Source: Terriglobia bacterium
GTDB lineage: Bacteria; Acidobacteriota; Terriglobia; Bryobacterales; JACQDG01
Length of the DNA: 50,326 nucleotides
Assembly: GCA_041477005.1 (NCBI GenBank)
Contig: JBGOUJ010000002.1
Location: 1-50,326 of the forward strand
Direction: 5' to 3'
Positions 27,786 to 37,096 of this stretch are shown here, one piece after another. A program made the translations under genes and the position numbers. Positions within the stretch are counted from its first letter, which is position 1. Every line of letters starts with the position of its first letter. Below the pieces are notes generated by a model. It was given only the letters and a program-made list of their open reading frames with translations. It searched no databases and was not told the origin of the DNA.

Positions 27786-29186
27786 GTGGCGGCAACACCT
27801 GACATCGAAATACTGGCTGGCTTGCAGGTGGAGAGCGGGGGCGCCGCCCCGGGCCATCTCGCAAGCCTAAGCGCCGGGGCCCGGCCCATGATCGCGGAAG
27901 GTCTGAAGTGGGCCAAAAAGGGGTCATTCACCCTCACCGATCAGGCGCTGTTTTCGGGTGGCAACTTTGTCATCAACATCCTGCTCGCCCGATGGCTCCC
28001 GCCGGCGGAATACGGCGCCTACTCGCTGGCCTACGTCGTGTTCCTGCTGTTCGCCGCGATTCATTCGGCGATCCTGGTGGAGCCGATGATGGTGTTCGGC
28101 GCCGGCAAGTACGCTTCCCGATTCCCAAGATATCTCCGCGCGCTGCTGTGCGGACATCTGGCGCTTATGGCTCCAGCCAGCGTGATCCTGCTGGGCGTGG
28201 CCTACGGGCTGAAGCGGCTCTATCCGCCGGAGGCGCAACACGCTTTTCTGGGGCTGGTGTTGGGAGCGACAGCCATCCTGCTTTTCTGGCTGGTGCGAAG
28301 GACCTTCTATGTGGTGCTCGATCCGGCACGGGCGGCGGTCGGAGGCGGCGTCTATTTCCTGCTCATCGTGGCGTCCGTCTGCGTGCTGCGGCTCGCCGGC
28401 ATCCTCTCCACTTTCACGGCGTTCCTGGGCATGGCCTTCGCCAGCCTGCTTGCCAGCGTGCTGATGCTGGCCTTCTTCCTGCCGGTGTGGAAGGCCGGTG
28501 GCGACAGCCCGAGCTTCTCCGCCGCCGCCCGGGACCATTGGCGATACGGACGATGGGCCATGTGTACGGCCGCCATCGGCTGGTTTCCGGGCCAGGTCTA
28601 CTACGCCCTGCTGCCGGCCCGGCTGGGCCTGGAAGGACCCGGGGCGTTGCGGGCGCTGATGAACTTCGTGATGCCGGTGCTCCAGGCTATCTCCGCGCTC
28701 ACCTTGCTCCTTCTCCCGTTGCTGGTGCGCGATCGAGACCGAGGCGGGACCAAACGCATGACCCGAACAATGTTGATCTTCCTGGCGCTGTTCCTGCTCG
28801 CCGCCGTCGCCTACGGGTCGCTGCTGTGGCTGCTGCGCAACCAGGTCTTTCAGATCTTCTACGGCGGAAAGTATAGCCAATATGCAGGCTGGCCCCTGTT
28901 TCTGGTGGCGGTGATGCCGGCGGGCACCTGTATGACCGCCGTGCTGGGCAGCGGCCTGCGGGCGCTGGAACGGCCGGACCACATGTTCTGGTGCTACGGA
29001 GTCTCCGTTATCAGCGCGGTGGCCATCGGCATCCCGCTCGCCGCCCGTCACGGACTGATCGGCGCCCTGGTGGGGCTGCTGGTCTCCTCCGTGGTCACCA
29101 TTTCGATGATGGCCTGGTTCTACGCGAGAGCGGTCTTGGCGAAAGCGCCAGACTGGCGCCAGAAGGAGGTCGTAGAACAGCTATGA
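27786..29186 (+). CDS. Wzx-like oligosaccharide flippase
   Basis: Many TM segments, DQALFSGGNF...LARWL..AEYG pattern; start could be ATG 27888. Confidence 0.78.
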   Translation: MAATPDIEILAGLQVESGGAAPGHLASLSAGARPMIAEGLKWAKKGSFTLTDQALFSGGNFVINILLARWLPPAEYGAYSLAYVVFLLFAAIHSAILVEPMMVFGAGKYASRFPRYLRALLCGHLALMAPASVILLGVAYGLKRLYPPEAQHAFLGLVLGATAILLFWLVRRTFYVVLDPARAAVGGGVYFLLIVASVCVLRLAGILSTFTAFLGMAFASLLASVLMLAFFLPVWKAGGDSPSFSAAARDHWRYGRWAMCTAAIGWFPGQVYYALLPARLGLEGPGALRALMNFVMPVLQAISALTLLLLPLLVRDRDRGGTKRMTRTMLIFLALFLLAAVAYGSLLWLLRNQVFQIFYGGKYSQYAGWPLFLVAVMPAGTCMTAVLGSGLRALERPDHMFWCYGVSVISAVAIGIPLAARHGLIGALVGLLVSSVVTISMMAWFYARAVLAKAPDWRQKEVVEQL

Positions 29187-29956
29187 GAGTTGTCATTTTG
29201 GCCGGCGGGTTGGGCACCCGGCTGGCCGAAGAAACTTCCGTAAAACCCAAACCCATGGTCGAGATCGGCGGACATCCGATTCTCTGGCATATCATGCACA
29301 TCTACGCCCACCACGGCCTCAGGCAGTTTATGGTGGCCCTGGGCTATAAGGGCGAGGTCGTCAAGGATTACTTCCTGCGCTACCACCCCACCAACAGCGA
29401 CATTACGGTGAATCTATGCACCGGCGCAGTGGAGTATCACAGCCGGCCGGCGATGGACTGGGAGGTCCGGCTGATCGACACCGGACACAACACGCTGACG
29501 GGCGGCCGGATCCTGCGCCTGGAGCCGCACCTGCGCCCCGAGGGGACCTTCTTGGTGACCTACGGCGACGGGGTGGCGGACGTCAATATCTCCGATTTGC
29601 TCGATTTTCATCGCAGCCAGGGAAGAATCGCGACGGTCACAGCGGTGCGTCCGCCCGCCCGCTTCGGAACCATGGTCTTCGACGGCGACCGGGTGAAGGA
29701 ATTCAAGGAAAAGCCGCAAACGGAAGAAGGCTGGATCAACGGCGGCTTCTTCGTCTTCGAGCCGGAAGTGTTCGATTACCTGAGAGACGATGACACCATC
29801 CTGGAGGCGGATCCGCTGGAGCGCCTGGCGCGGGACGGGGAATTGATCGCCTACCGGCATGAGGGCTTCTGGCAGTGCATGGACACCCTTCGCGACAAAA
29901 ACCGGCTGCAGTCGCTGTGGGAGTCCGGTACGGCGCCGTGGAAAGTCTGGCAGTAA
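29183..29956 (+). CDS. rfbF: Glucose-1-phosphate cytidylyltransferase
   Basis: ILAGGLGTRLAEET..KPKPMVEIG, TGGR, TYGDG, WINGGFF, FWQCMDTLRD. Confidence 0.93.
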   Translation: MRVVILAGGLGTRLAEETSVKPKPMVEIGGHPILWHIMHIYAHHGLRQFMVALGYKGEVVKDYFLRYHPTNSDITVNLCTGAVEYHSRPAMDWEVRLIDTGHNTLTGGRILRLEPHLRPEGTFLVTYGDGVADVNISDLLDFHRSQGRIATVTAVRPPARFGTMVFDGDRVKEFKEKPQTEEGWINGGFFVFEPEVFDYLRDDDTILEADPLERLARDGELIAYRHEGFWQCMDTLRDKNRLQSLWESGTAPWKVWQ

Positions 29957-29987
29957 TTCTAATGGGGAAAGAAAGAGGACAACGATA

Positions 29988-31037
29988 ATGCGGGTGTTGG
30001 TTACAGGAAGTGAAGGATATATCGGCTCGGTGCTGGTTCCGCTGCTGGTGGAGCGCGGACATGACGTGGCAGGTTTTGACACCGGCTATTTCGCCGAGGC
30101 CCGGTTCCTGCCGCTGGCGGCCAGCGAGTTGACGCGGCGCGGCGACTTGCGGGAGATCGAGGCGAAAGACCTGAAGGGATTCGACGCTATCATCCATCTG
30201 GGGGCGCTTTCCAACGATCCTTGGGGCCAGTTGAATCCGGAGCTGACCCAGCAAATCAACTACGAGTGCAGCGTTCGCCTGGCCAAGCTGGCCAAGCAAG
30301 CCGGGGTGGCGCGGTTTCTGTTTTCCTCATCGTGCAGCACGTACGGCGCGGCGTCGCAGGGGGGCGTGGTCGAAACCGACGAGCTGAACCCTCTGAGCGC
30401 CTATGCGGTGGCAAAGGTGATGGCCGAACGGGACATCACGCCGCTGGCCGATGACCGCTTCGCTCCGACGTTCCTGCGCAACGCCACGGTCTACGGCGTT
30501 TCGCCCCGCATGCGCTTCGACCTGGTGCTGAACAATCTGGCCGGCTGGGCTTTCACGACGGGAAAGATCGTCATCCAGAGTGACGGCACCCCGTGGCGGC
30601 CGCTGGTGCACGTCCGGGACGTGTCGGCGGCGTTCCTGGCCATCATGGAAGCTCCGCGGGAGGTGGTGGCGAACCAGGTGTTCAACATCGGTCAGGAGAG
30701 CGAGAACTATCAGGTCCGGGATCTCGCGGCGGCGACGGAGAAGGAGTTCCCAGGCAGCACGGTGGTTTATGCCGACCAGGCGTCGACGGGCGATCCCCGG
30801 TCCTATCGCGTCTCGTTCCGAAAGTTCTGGTCGGCTTTTCCGAACCTGCGGTTTGAATGGAACGCCGAGAAGGGGCTGCGGGAGCTGCACGAAGTTTTCG
30901 ACCGCGTGGGCTTCACCGGCGACCATTTTCAGCACCGCGACTTTATCCGGCTGAAGCAGATCGAGCACCTGCTGGAGACCGGCGCTCTGGACCACGAACT
31001 GCGATGGACCTGCGCGCTGGCGGCGCGGGAGGCGTAA
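29988..31037 (+). CDS. NAD-dependent NDP-sugar epimerase/oxidoreductase (extended SDR)
   Basis: GSEGYIG, SSSCS, YAVAK, RMRFDLVLN, SDGTPWRP. Confidence 0.88.
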   Translation: MRVLVTGSEGYIGSVLVPLLVERGHDVAGFDTGYFAEARFLPLAASELTRRGDLREIEAKDLKGFDAIIHLGALSNDPWGQLNPELTQQINYECSVRLAKLAKQAGVARFLFSSSCSTYGAASQGGVVETDELNPLSAYAVAKVMAERDITPLADDRFAPTFLRNATVYGVSPRMRFDLVLNNLAGWAFTTGKIVIQSDGTPWRPLVHVRDVSAAFLAIMEAPREVVANQVFNIGQESENYQVRDLAAATEKEFPGSTVVYADQASTGDPRSYRVSFRKFWSAFPNLRFEWNAEKGLRELHEVFDRVGFTGDHFQHRDFIRLKQIEHLLETGALDHELRWTCALAAREA

Positions 31038-31040
31038 GCG

Positions 31041-31490
31041 ATGATTGACGGCGTCAAGGTCATTCCGTTGAGGCGCATTCCCGACGAGCGCGGGACCATC
31101 TACCACGTCCTGCGCGCCGACGCGCCGCACTTCGCCGGCTTCGGCGAAGCGTACGTGTCCAAGATCTACCCGGACATCATCAAGGGCTGGCACATCCACA
31201 AAACGATGTGTCTGAACTACGCCGTGATCTCGGGCATGGTGAAGCTGGTGCTCTACGATTCCCGGCCCAATTCCTCCACCAAGGGGGAGCTGATGGAGCT
31301 ATTTATTGGTGATGACAACTATTGTCTGGTACAGATTCCTCCGGGCGTGGTCAACGGCCAGAAAGGCATGCCCCCCGAGCCCGCCTTGTTGATCAATGTC
31401 GCAACCCAGGCCCACACCCCCGGGGAGATGCAACGGATAGATCCGTTTTCGCCCGATATCCCGTACAAGTGGGATGTCGTGCATAGTTGA
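31041..31490 (+). CDS. RmlC-like cupin NDP-sugar epimerase family protein
   Basis: MIDGV, DERG, IKGWHIH, LYDSR..SST, IPPGV. Confidence 0.85.
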   Translation: MIDGVKVIPLRRIPDERGTIYHVLRADAPHFAGFGEAYVSKIYPDIIKGWHIHKTMCLNYAVISGMVKLVLYDSRPNSSTKGELMELFIGDDNYCLVQIPPGVVNGQKGMPPEPALLINVATQAHTPGEMQRIDPFSPDIPYKWDVVHS

Positions 31491-31583
31491 AAAACCGCTT
31501 CGACCCGGCACTCCCCCACGGAGATCGAACGCCTCGATCTTCTCTCGCCGCCGCACGAAGCAGAACGATTCCTTTCGAGGTGA
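31491..31583 (+). pseudogene. Relic 3' end of a homologous cupin gene
   Basis: ASTRHSPTEIERLDLLSP vs upstream ATQAHTPGEMQRIDPFSP (8/18 identical, ungapped). Confidence 0.55.
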
Positions 31584-31590
31584 GCCACGA

Positions 31591-32724
31591 ATGCTGACAC
31601 GCGAAAAAGTGCGTTTATCGAAATCGACCGTGGGCGACTGCGAGATGCAAGCGGTGGCCGAGGTGATCCGCGACGGCCGTCTGGGGATGGGGCCGCTGGT
31701 GGAAAAGTTCGAGCGCGAGCTGGCCGATTTCATCGGCGGCGATCGGGCCGTGATGTGCGTCAATACCGGCACGTCGGCGCTGCATCTGGGCCTGCAGGCC
31801 TGCGGCGTGAGCGCGGGGGACGAGGTGCTCGTGCCCACGCTCACCTATGTCGCTTCCTTCCAGGCGATCTCGGCCACCGGCGCCAGGCCGGTCGCCTGCG
31901 AAATGCGGGCCGAGGACTGCACGCTGGACGTGGAGGACGCCGCCCGGCGCGTCACGCCGCGCACCAAGGCCATCATGCCGGTACACTACGCGAGCGGTCA
32001 GGGAGACCTGGAGGGCGTCTACGATCTGGCGCGGCGCCAGGGCCTGCGCGTGGTCGAGGACGCGGCCCACGCCTTCGGCGGCTTCTGGAACGGCCAGCGC
32101 GTGGGCGCCTACGGCGATGTGGTCTGTTTCAGTTTCGACGGCATCAAGAACATCACCTGTGGGGAGGGCGGCGCCGTCGTGACCGCCGATCCGGTGGTCG
32201 CCGATCGCGTCCGCGACGCCCGGCTGCTGGGCGTGGAGAAGGATACCGGCAAGCGCTACGCCGGCCAGCGGAGCTGGGAGTTCGACGTCACCGGGCAAGG
32301 CTGGCGCTATCACATGAGCAATCTCAACGCGGCGATCGGCCGCGCGCAGCTCCGCCGGCTCGACGTGGAATTCGCGCCCCGCCGGATCGCCCTGGCCAGG
32401 CGCTACGTGGAACTACTCGCGGGCGCGACCAATGTGCGGCACCTCAAGCTGGATTACGGCCTGGTGGTCCCTCACATTTTCCCTGTCCTGATCGGCGAGG
32501 GGAAGCGGGACGAGGCCCGGCAGCGGCTGCTGGCCGAAGACGTCGAGTGCGGCATTCACTACAAGCCGAATCATCTGCTGTCGTACTACGGCGGCGGACG
32601 GGTTTCGCTGCCGGTGGCGGAGCAGCTTTATGCAGAGCTGCTGACGCTGCCGCTGCACGTGGACCTGATGGAGGAGGATCAAGACCGCGCCGTCGAAATC
32701 CTAAAGGACTGCATGAGGGGCTGA
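31591..32724 (+). CDS. DegT/DnrJ/EryC1/StrS sugar aminotransferase
   Basis: NTGTSALHL, PVHYAS, EDAAHA, SFDGIKNITCGEGG. Confidence 0.92.
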   Translation: MLTREKVRLSKSTVGDCEMQAVAEVIRDGRLGMGPLVEKFERELADFIGGDRAVMCVNTGTSALHLGLQACGVSAGDEVLVPTLTYVASFQAISATGARPVACEMRAEDCTLDVEDAARRVTPRTKAIMPVHYASGQGDLEGVYDLARRQGLRVVEDAAHAFGGFWNGQRVGAYGDVVCFSFDGIKNITCGEGGAVVTADPVVADRVRDARLLGVEKDTGKRYAGQRSWEFDVTGQGWRYHMSNLNAAIGRAQLRRLDVEFAPRRIALARRYVELLAGATNVRHLKLDYGLVVPHIFPVLIGEGKRDEARQRLLAEDVECGIHYKPNHLLSYYGGGRVSLPVAEQLYAELLTLPLHVDLMEEDQDRAVEILKDCMRG

Positions 32725-32738
32725 TGGGAGAAAAATAC

Positions 32739-33689
32739 ATGCAGGACAAGCAACCACTTATTTCGGTGCTCATGTCGGTGAAGAACGGGCTGCCGTACGT
32801 CCGCGGGACCGTGGAGAGCATCCTGGCCCAGACCGCGACCGACTGGGAGTTTGTGATTGTAGACAACGCCAGCACGGACGGCAGCGCCGAGCTCATCGAG
32901 CGAATCGCCAGGAACGAGCCGCGCATCCGCCTGTTCCGCAATCCGGCGGATCTCGGTCACAGCGGCGGCTTGAACCGCGGCTTGGCCGAGTGCCGCGGCG
33001 TGTGGGTGGCGCGCCTCGACGCCGATGACATCGCGATGCCGGACCGCTTCGAGCGGCAGTTGGAATTCCTTCGCGAGAATTCCGACGTAAAAGTGACCAG
33101 TTGCCTGGCGTTGTACATCAACACGCAGGGCGAGACGGTGGGGAAAACATACAGCGAGCCGGCCACGCGGGAGACCTTCCAGAGGTACCTGAGAGAAAAC
33201 CTCGCCTTCGGTCTGCTGCACCCGGGGGCGATGGTGGACCGGGAGCTGTTCGTCAAGATCGGAGGCTACCGGGCTGCTTACGACCCGGCTAACGATACGG
33301 ACCTGTGGGGCCGGCTGGCCGACGCGGGCGGCGTGATCCTGGTGCAGCAGGAATACCTGATGAAATACCGGGTCCACGGCGGCTCGATCACCTCGCAGTC
33401 GTTCGAGCGCCTGCGGACGAAGTACCAATGGGCGCGGGACTGCATGCGAGCGCGCCGGAAGGGCCTGCCGGAGCCCACCTGGGAAGACTACGTGGCCGCG
33501 CGGCGCAACGCCCCGTGGTGGAAGCGGCTGAACCGGTGGCGCAAGACCAACGCCAGGAAGTTTTACCGGCAGTCAGCCCAGGACCTGATCTCCAACCACA
33601 CCTTCCGCGCGGCTTTCGAGGTTTTCCTGGCCATGCTACTGCAGCCGTCTTACGCGGCTCCCCGTTTGCTGGGACAAATTCACCGATGA
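32739..33689 (+). CDS. GT2 family glycosyltransferase
   Basis: ISVLMSV, IVDNASTD, ARLDADD; SD GGAG before ATG 32739. Confidence 0.9.
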   Translation: MQDKQPLISVLMSVKNGLPYVRGTVESILAQTATDWEFVIVDNASTDGSAELIERIARNEPRIRLFRNPADLGHSGGLNRGLAECRGVWVARLDADDIAMPDRFERQLEFLRENSDVKVTSCLALYINTQGETVGKTYSEPATRETFQRYLRENLAFGLLHPGAMVDRELFVKIGGYRAAYDPANDTDLWGRLADAGGVILVQQEYLMKYRVHGGSITSQSFERLRTKYQWARDCMRARRKGLPEPTWEDYVAARRNAPWWKRLNRWRKTNARKFYRQSAQDLISNHTFRAAFEVFLAMLLQPSYAAPRLLGQIHR

Positions 33690-33799
33690 CCACATCCCAT
33701 CCACAAATCGGACTGCAAGCGACGGGGGATCCTGCTGTGCCGCACGATGGACAAGCTAAAGGACGGCATGAGACTTTGCCTCCCGGCGAGGAGTCCAAA

Positions 33800-34645
33800 A
33801 TGGAAATCCTAGAGAAGACCATGCCAGTCAAGGAATGTCCTCCCAAGCGAGCCGTCCTGGGAGTCGGCATCAGCACGACGAGTTATGCCGAGGTCGCCCG
33901 ATACTGCAAGCAGTGGATTGAGGCGCGCCACAACTGGACGGAGAAAACCCCCGGGCTCCCACCCTCGCCCGCCGGGCGCTACATCTGTGTCACGTCGGTT
34001 CACGGCACGGTCACTGCGACCATGGATCCCCTTTTTCGAGCAATCCTGAACGACGCCGATATCGCCACTCCTGACGGCATGCCCGTGGTATGGGCGTTGC
34101 GTTCTTTCCAGGTGACCGGGCAACAGAGGGTGTACGGGCCCGAATTGATGCTCGTGATCTGCGAGCAAGCGGCGCAACTGGGGCACCGCCTCTTTCTCTA
34201 CGGCGGGCGCGAGGCAGCGCTGCAAGACCTGCGCCGGCGGCTGCTGGAGCGGTTTCCCCGCCTAACGATAGCAGGGACCTATTCCCCGCCGTTTCGGGCG
34301 CTCACTCCCGAAGAGGACGCCGCCGTCTCAGAAACAATCACCCGGTCGAACGCCGACATCATCTTCGTGGGTCTCAGCACGCCAAAGCAGGAAAAGTGGA
34401 TGTCTCAACACCGGGATCGGTTCCCCGGCGTCGTCCTGGTGGGGGTCGGCGCGGCGTTTGACTTTCATGCCGGGCGCGTCCGGCAGGCCCCGCCGTGGAT
34501 GCAGCGTGCGGGGCTCGAATGGTTGTTCCGGCTGCTGATGGAGCCGCGAAGGCTCTGGAAGCGTTACTTGCTGGTCACGCCGTTGTTTCTTCCGTTGTGG
34601 GCGATGCAGAAAGTGGGAATTCTCAAGTATCGCGACGTACCTTGA
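33800..34645 (+). CDS. WecB/TagA/CpsF (GT26) glycosyltransferase
   Basis: PDGMPVVW, RVYGPEL, YSPPF, GLSTPKQE, VGAAFDF, GLEWLFRL..EPRRLWKRY. Confidence 0.9.
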   Translation: MEILEKTMPVKECPPKRAVLGVGISTTSYAEVARYCKQWIEARHNWTEKTPGLPPSPAGRYICVTSVHGTVTATMDPLFRAILNDADIATPDGMPVVWALRSFQVTGQQRVYGPELMLVICEQAAQLGHRLFLYGGREAALQDLRRRLLERFPRLTIAGTYSPPFRALTPEEDAAVSETITRSNADIIFVGLSTPKQEKWMSQHRDRFPGVVLVGVGAAFDFHAGRVRQAPPWMQRAGLEWLFRLLMEPRRLWKRYLLVTPLFLPLWAMQKVGILKYRDVP

Positions 34646-34671
34646 AATCGAAAAGGAGATCGAAAGCGCGT

Positions 34672-35700
34672 ATGTCAGAACAAACAAAGGTTCTAGTTAC
34701 TGGAGCGGGTGGTTTCATCGGACATCATTTGGCGAAGTACCTGGTGGCCCGTGGTTACTGGGTCCGTGGTGTCGATATCAAACTGCCGGAGTATGAGCCG
34801 ACTGCGGCGCACGAGTTCCAGGTCCTGGATCTTCATCTGTGGGAGCAGTGCCTTCAGGCCACGCACGGCATGGACGAAGTGTACGGTCTGGCCGCCAACA
34901 TGGGCGGCATCGGCTTTATCGAGAACAACAAGGCCGTGATCGTGCGCGACAATACGCTGATCAATCTGCATTCGATCGAGGCGGCGCGCTTGAACGGCGT
35001 CAAACGATACCTCTACACTTCGAGCGCCTGTATCTATCCGGGCTACCTGCAGAAGGGCGTGGACGTGATCCCGTTGAAGGAAGAGGACGCCTACCCAGCC
35101 GACGCGGAAGACGGCTACGGTTGGGAGAAGCTCTACATGGAGCGGGCCTGCCGCCACTACCGCGAAGATTTCGGCCTGGAGACCAGGATCGTCCGATTCC
35201 ACAACATCTTCGGCCCCCTGGGAACCTACGACGGAGGCCGCGAAAAGTCACCTGCGGCCATGTGCCGCAAGATTGCCCTGGCGAATGACGGGGATGAGAT
35301 CGAGGTTTGGGGGGACGGCGAGCAGACGAGATCCTATTGCTACGTTGATGATTGCGTCGAGGGTATCTATCGACTCATGCGGTCAGACTACGCCGAGCCG
35401 CTGAACCTCGGACAGGACCGCTTGATATCGGTCAACGAGCTGGTTGACATGGTGGCCCACGTTGCCGGCAAGCGGATCGGGAAGCGGTACGATCGGAGCA
35501 AGCCGCAAGGCGTCCGCGGGCGGAACAGCGACAACACCCGGCTGCGCCAGGTGCTGGGCTGGGAGCCTTCGATCTCTCTCGAAGAAGGCCTCGATAAGAC
35601 CTATGATTGGATATCGTGCGAGCTGCGCAAAGCCGGCCGGATGCTGCCGGCAACAGCGTCCGTCGGGCCCTTCGTCCCAACGTTCACGGGAAAGTCATGA
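34672..35700 (+). CDS. GDP-mannose 3,5-epimerase-like SDR
   Basis: GAGGFIG, AANMGGIGFI, SSACIYP, YGWEKL, REKSPAAMCRK, PQGVRGRNSDNT, as in plant GME. Confidence 0.82.
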   Translation: MSEQTKVLVTGAGGFIGHHLAKYLVARGYWVRGVDIKLPEYEPTAAHEFQVLDLHLWEQCLQATHGMDEVYGLAANMGGIGFIENNKAVIVRDNTLINLHSIEAARLNGVKRYLYTSSACIYPGYLQKGVDVIPLKEEDAYPADAEDGYGWEKLYMERACRHYREDFGLETRIVRFHNIFGPLGTYDGGREKSPAAMCRKIALANDGDEIEVWGDGEQTRSYCYVDDCVEGIYRLMRSDYAEPLNLGQDRLISVNELVDMVAHVAGKRIGKRYDRSKPQGVRGRNSDNTRLRQVLGWEPSISLEEGLDKTYDWISCELRKAGRMLPATASVGPFVPTFTGKS

Positions 35701-35967
35701 CGCCTCCCCAGATCGGCGGTCACGACCCGACGGCGAGGGAGGCCAGTGTGGCCCGTCTGTTTCGGGAACTCGGGCAACGGGAGGCGCGTTACGCCGTGCC
35801 CGGTAACTACGAATGCCTGCCCGCGTTGCGCCGCCGCGTCCGCGCCGCGTTTGAAGTGGCGGCGGCCGGGGCGCGCCAGACTGCTCGCGCGGCTCCGGCT
35901 ATTCCGGGCAGATACATCTATGATGGAGACAAGGGTCCTTGAGGAACTCTTCGCGACGGGGGGGTAG
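35697..35967 (+). pseudogene. Internally deleted third paralog of the two downstream nucleotidyltransferase-like genes
   Basis: MTPPQIGGHDPTAREASVARLFRELGQREARYAVPGNYECLPALRR matches the paralog N-termini, then similarity stops abruptly near 35838. Confidence 0.75.
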
Positions 35968-35970
35968 GCC

Positions 35971-37077
35971 ATGACACATCCTCAGATCGACCGTTACGAC
36001 CCGACCGCAATGGAGGCCAGTGTGGCCCGCCTGTTCCGGGAACTCGAGCAACGCAAGGTGCGCTACGCCATGCTCCGGAACTACGAGTGCCTGCCCGAGC
36101 TGCGCCGCGACACCCACGCCGATCAGCCCACGGACATCGATCTGGTGGTCGATTCCCGGGACATGAGGATCTGGCGCGAGGCAGTCACAGAGGTCGCCGA
36201 ACAGGGCGGCTGGGACACGCTGGTGGAGTGCGATCACTGGACGCAGTCGCAGGTGCGGCACCACCACATCGAGGCCTTTCATTTTTACCGGCTCTCACCG
36301 CCCCAGTTTCTTCAGATCGACCTGTTTCACTCCTACCTGGTTTGCGGGCTGCCGCTGGTCGATGAACGGGAAATGCTGGAAGGCCGGATCTACGATGCCG
36401 ACCGTAACCTCACCCGGATCGATCCGTTGAAGGAGAACCTGCATCGACTGTCGCTGCTCTACACGGTGCTTTGCGACAATCCCAAGGCTGTCAAGGTCTC
36501 CCGGGATGGGGAAAAGCTGGTGCGGTTCTGGAAGTCGGAGCAAGAGAGATTCGGCCGGGTGGTGCGGGCGCACTTCTCGGTTCTGGGTGTACAAGCCATC
36601 CAGGCGCTGGAGCAGGGCGACCTGCCGCGGTTCCTGAGGAAAATGCGCTGGGCCAGAGTCTACTTTTTGATGAAGTTCGCGCTTTCGCATCCCCTTCGGA
36701 CGCCCTGGTACGGGCTCTGCCGAACGCGGGAAAACCGGTTGCGGTTTTTAACCCGGCAATGCGGACGAGTGGTGCGAGTCTACGCGCCGAAAGGGGAGCA
36801 CCGGCGGCTGCTGCGCGAGGTGATGGATGATCTGGCGCGGAATAACTTCGTGGACGAATGGAAGGAAAGGGCCGCCGGATCGTGGAAGCTCGGTCCGGAC
36901 GAGCGCGCGGTGATGGAGCAGGGCGGCCTGGTAATCCAGTGGAGCGACCGAGAAAAAGCTCACATCGACGTAGCGAGCAACTGCAGCGCCGAGGCGTTGC
37001 GTGCGCGCGTGGTCCGCGTATTGGTCGAGCGCCACGAGATTCTGTCGGTTCGCCCGGCGGCAGCGGCGACCGCCTGA
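35971..37077 (+). CDS. Uncharacterised protein with nucleotidyltransferase-like N-terminal domain (paralog 1, 368 aa)
   Basis: LRNYECLP...TDIDLVVD and downstream QIDLF, consistent with a DxD...D carboxylate triad. Confidence 0.65.
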   Translation: MTHPQIDRYDPTAMEASVARLFRELEQRKVRYAMLRNYECLPELRRDTHADQPTDIDLVVDSRDMRIWREAVTEVAEQGGWDTLVECDHWTQSQVRHHHIEAFHFYRLSPPQFLQIDLFHSYLVCGLPLVDEREMLEGRIYDADRNLTRIDPLKENLHRLSLLYTVLCDNPKAVKVSRDGEKLVRFWKSEQERFGRVVRAHFSVLGVQAIQALEQGDLPRFLRKMRWARVYFLMKFALSHPLRTPWYGLCRTRENRLRFLTRQCGRVVRVYAPKGEHRRLLREVMDDLARNNFVDEWKERAAGSWKLGPDERAVMEQGGLVIQWSDREKAHIDVASNCSAEALRARVVRVLVERHEILSVRPAAAATA

Positions 37078-37096
37078 CAGGCGAAGATCACAGATG

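Noticed and set aside
27787-27850. Possible frameshifted echo WRQHL(D)IEIL of sugar transferase end WSFSLDLRIL
   Set aside because: Needs an indel and may simply be the flippase N-terminus
31755-32738. Long N-terminal extension of the GT2 ORF (644 aa)
   Set aside because: Alternative frame of degT; the real start with SD is at 32739
33686-33712. MTTSHPQIG resembling paralog starts MTHPQID/MTPPQIG
   Set aside because: Similarity does not extend; the region is better explained by the DegT echo
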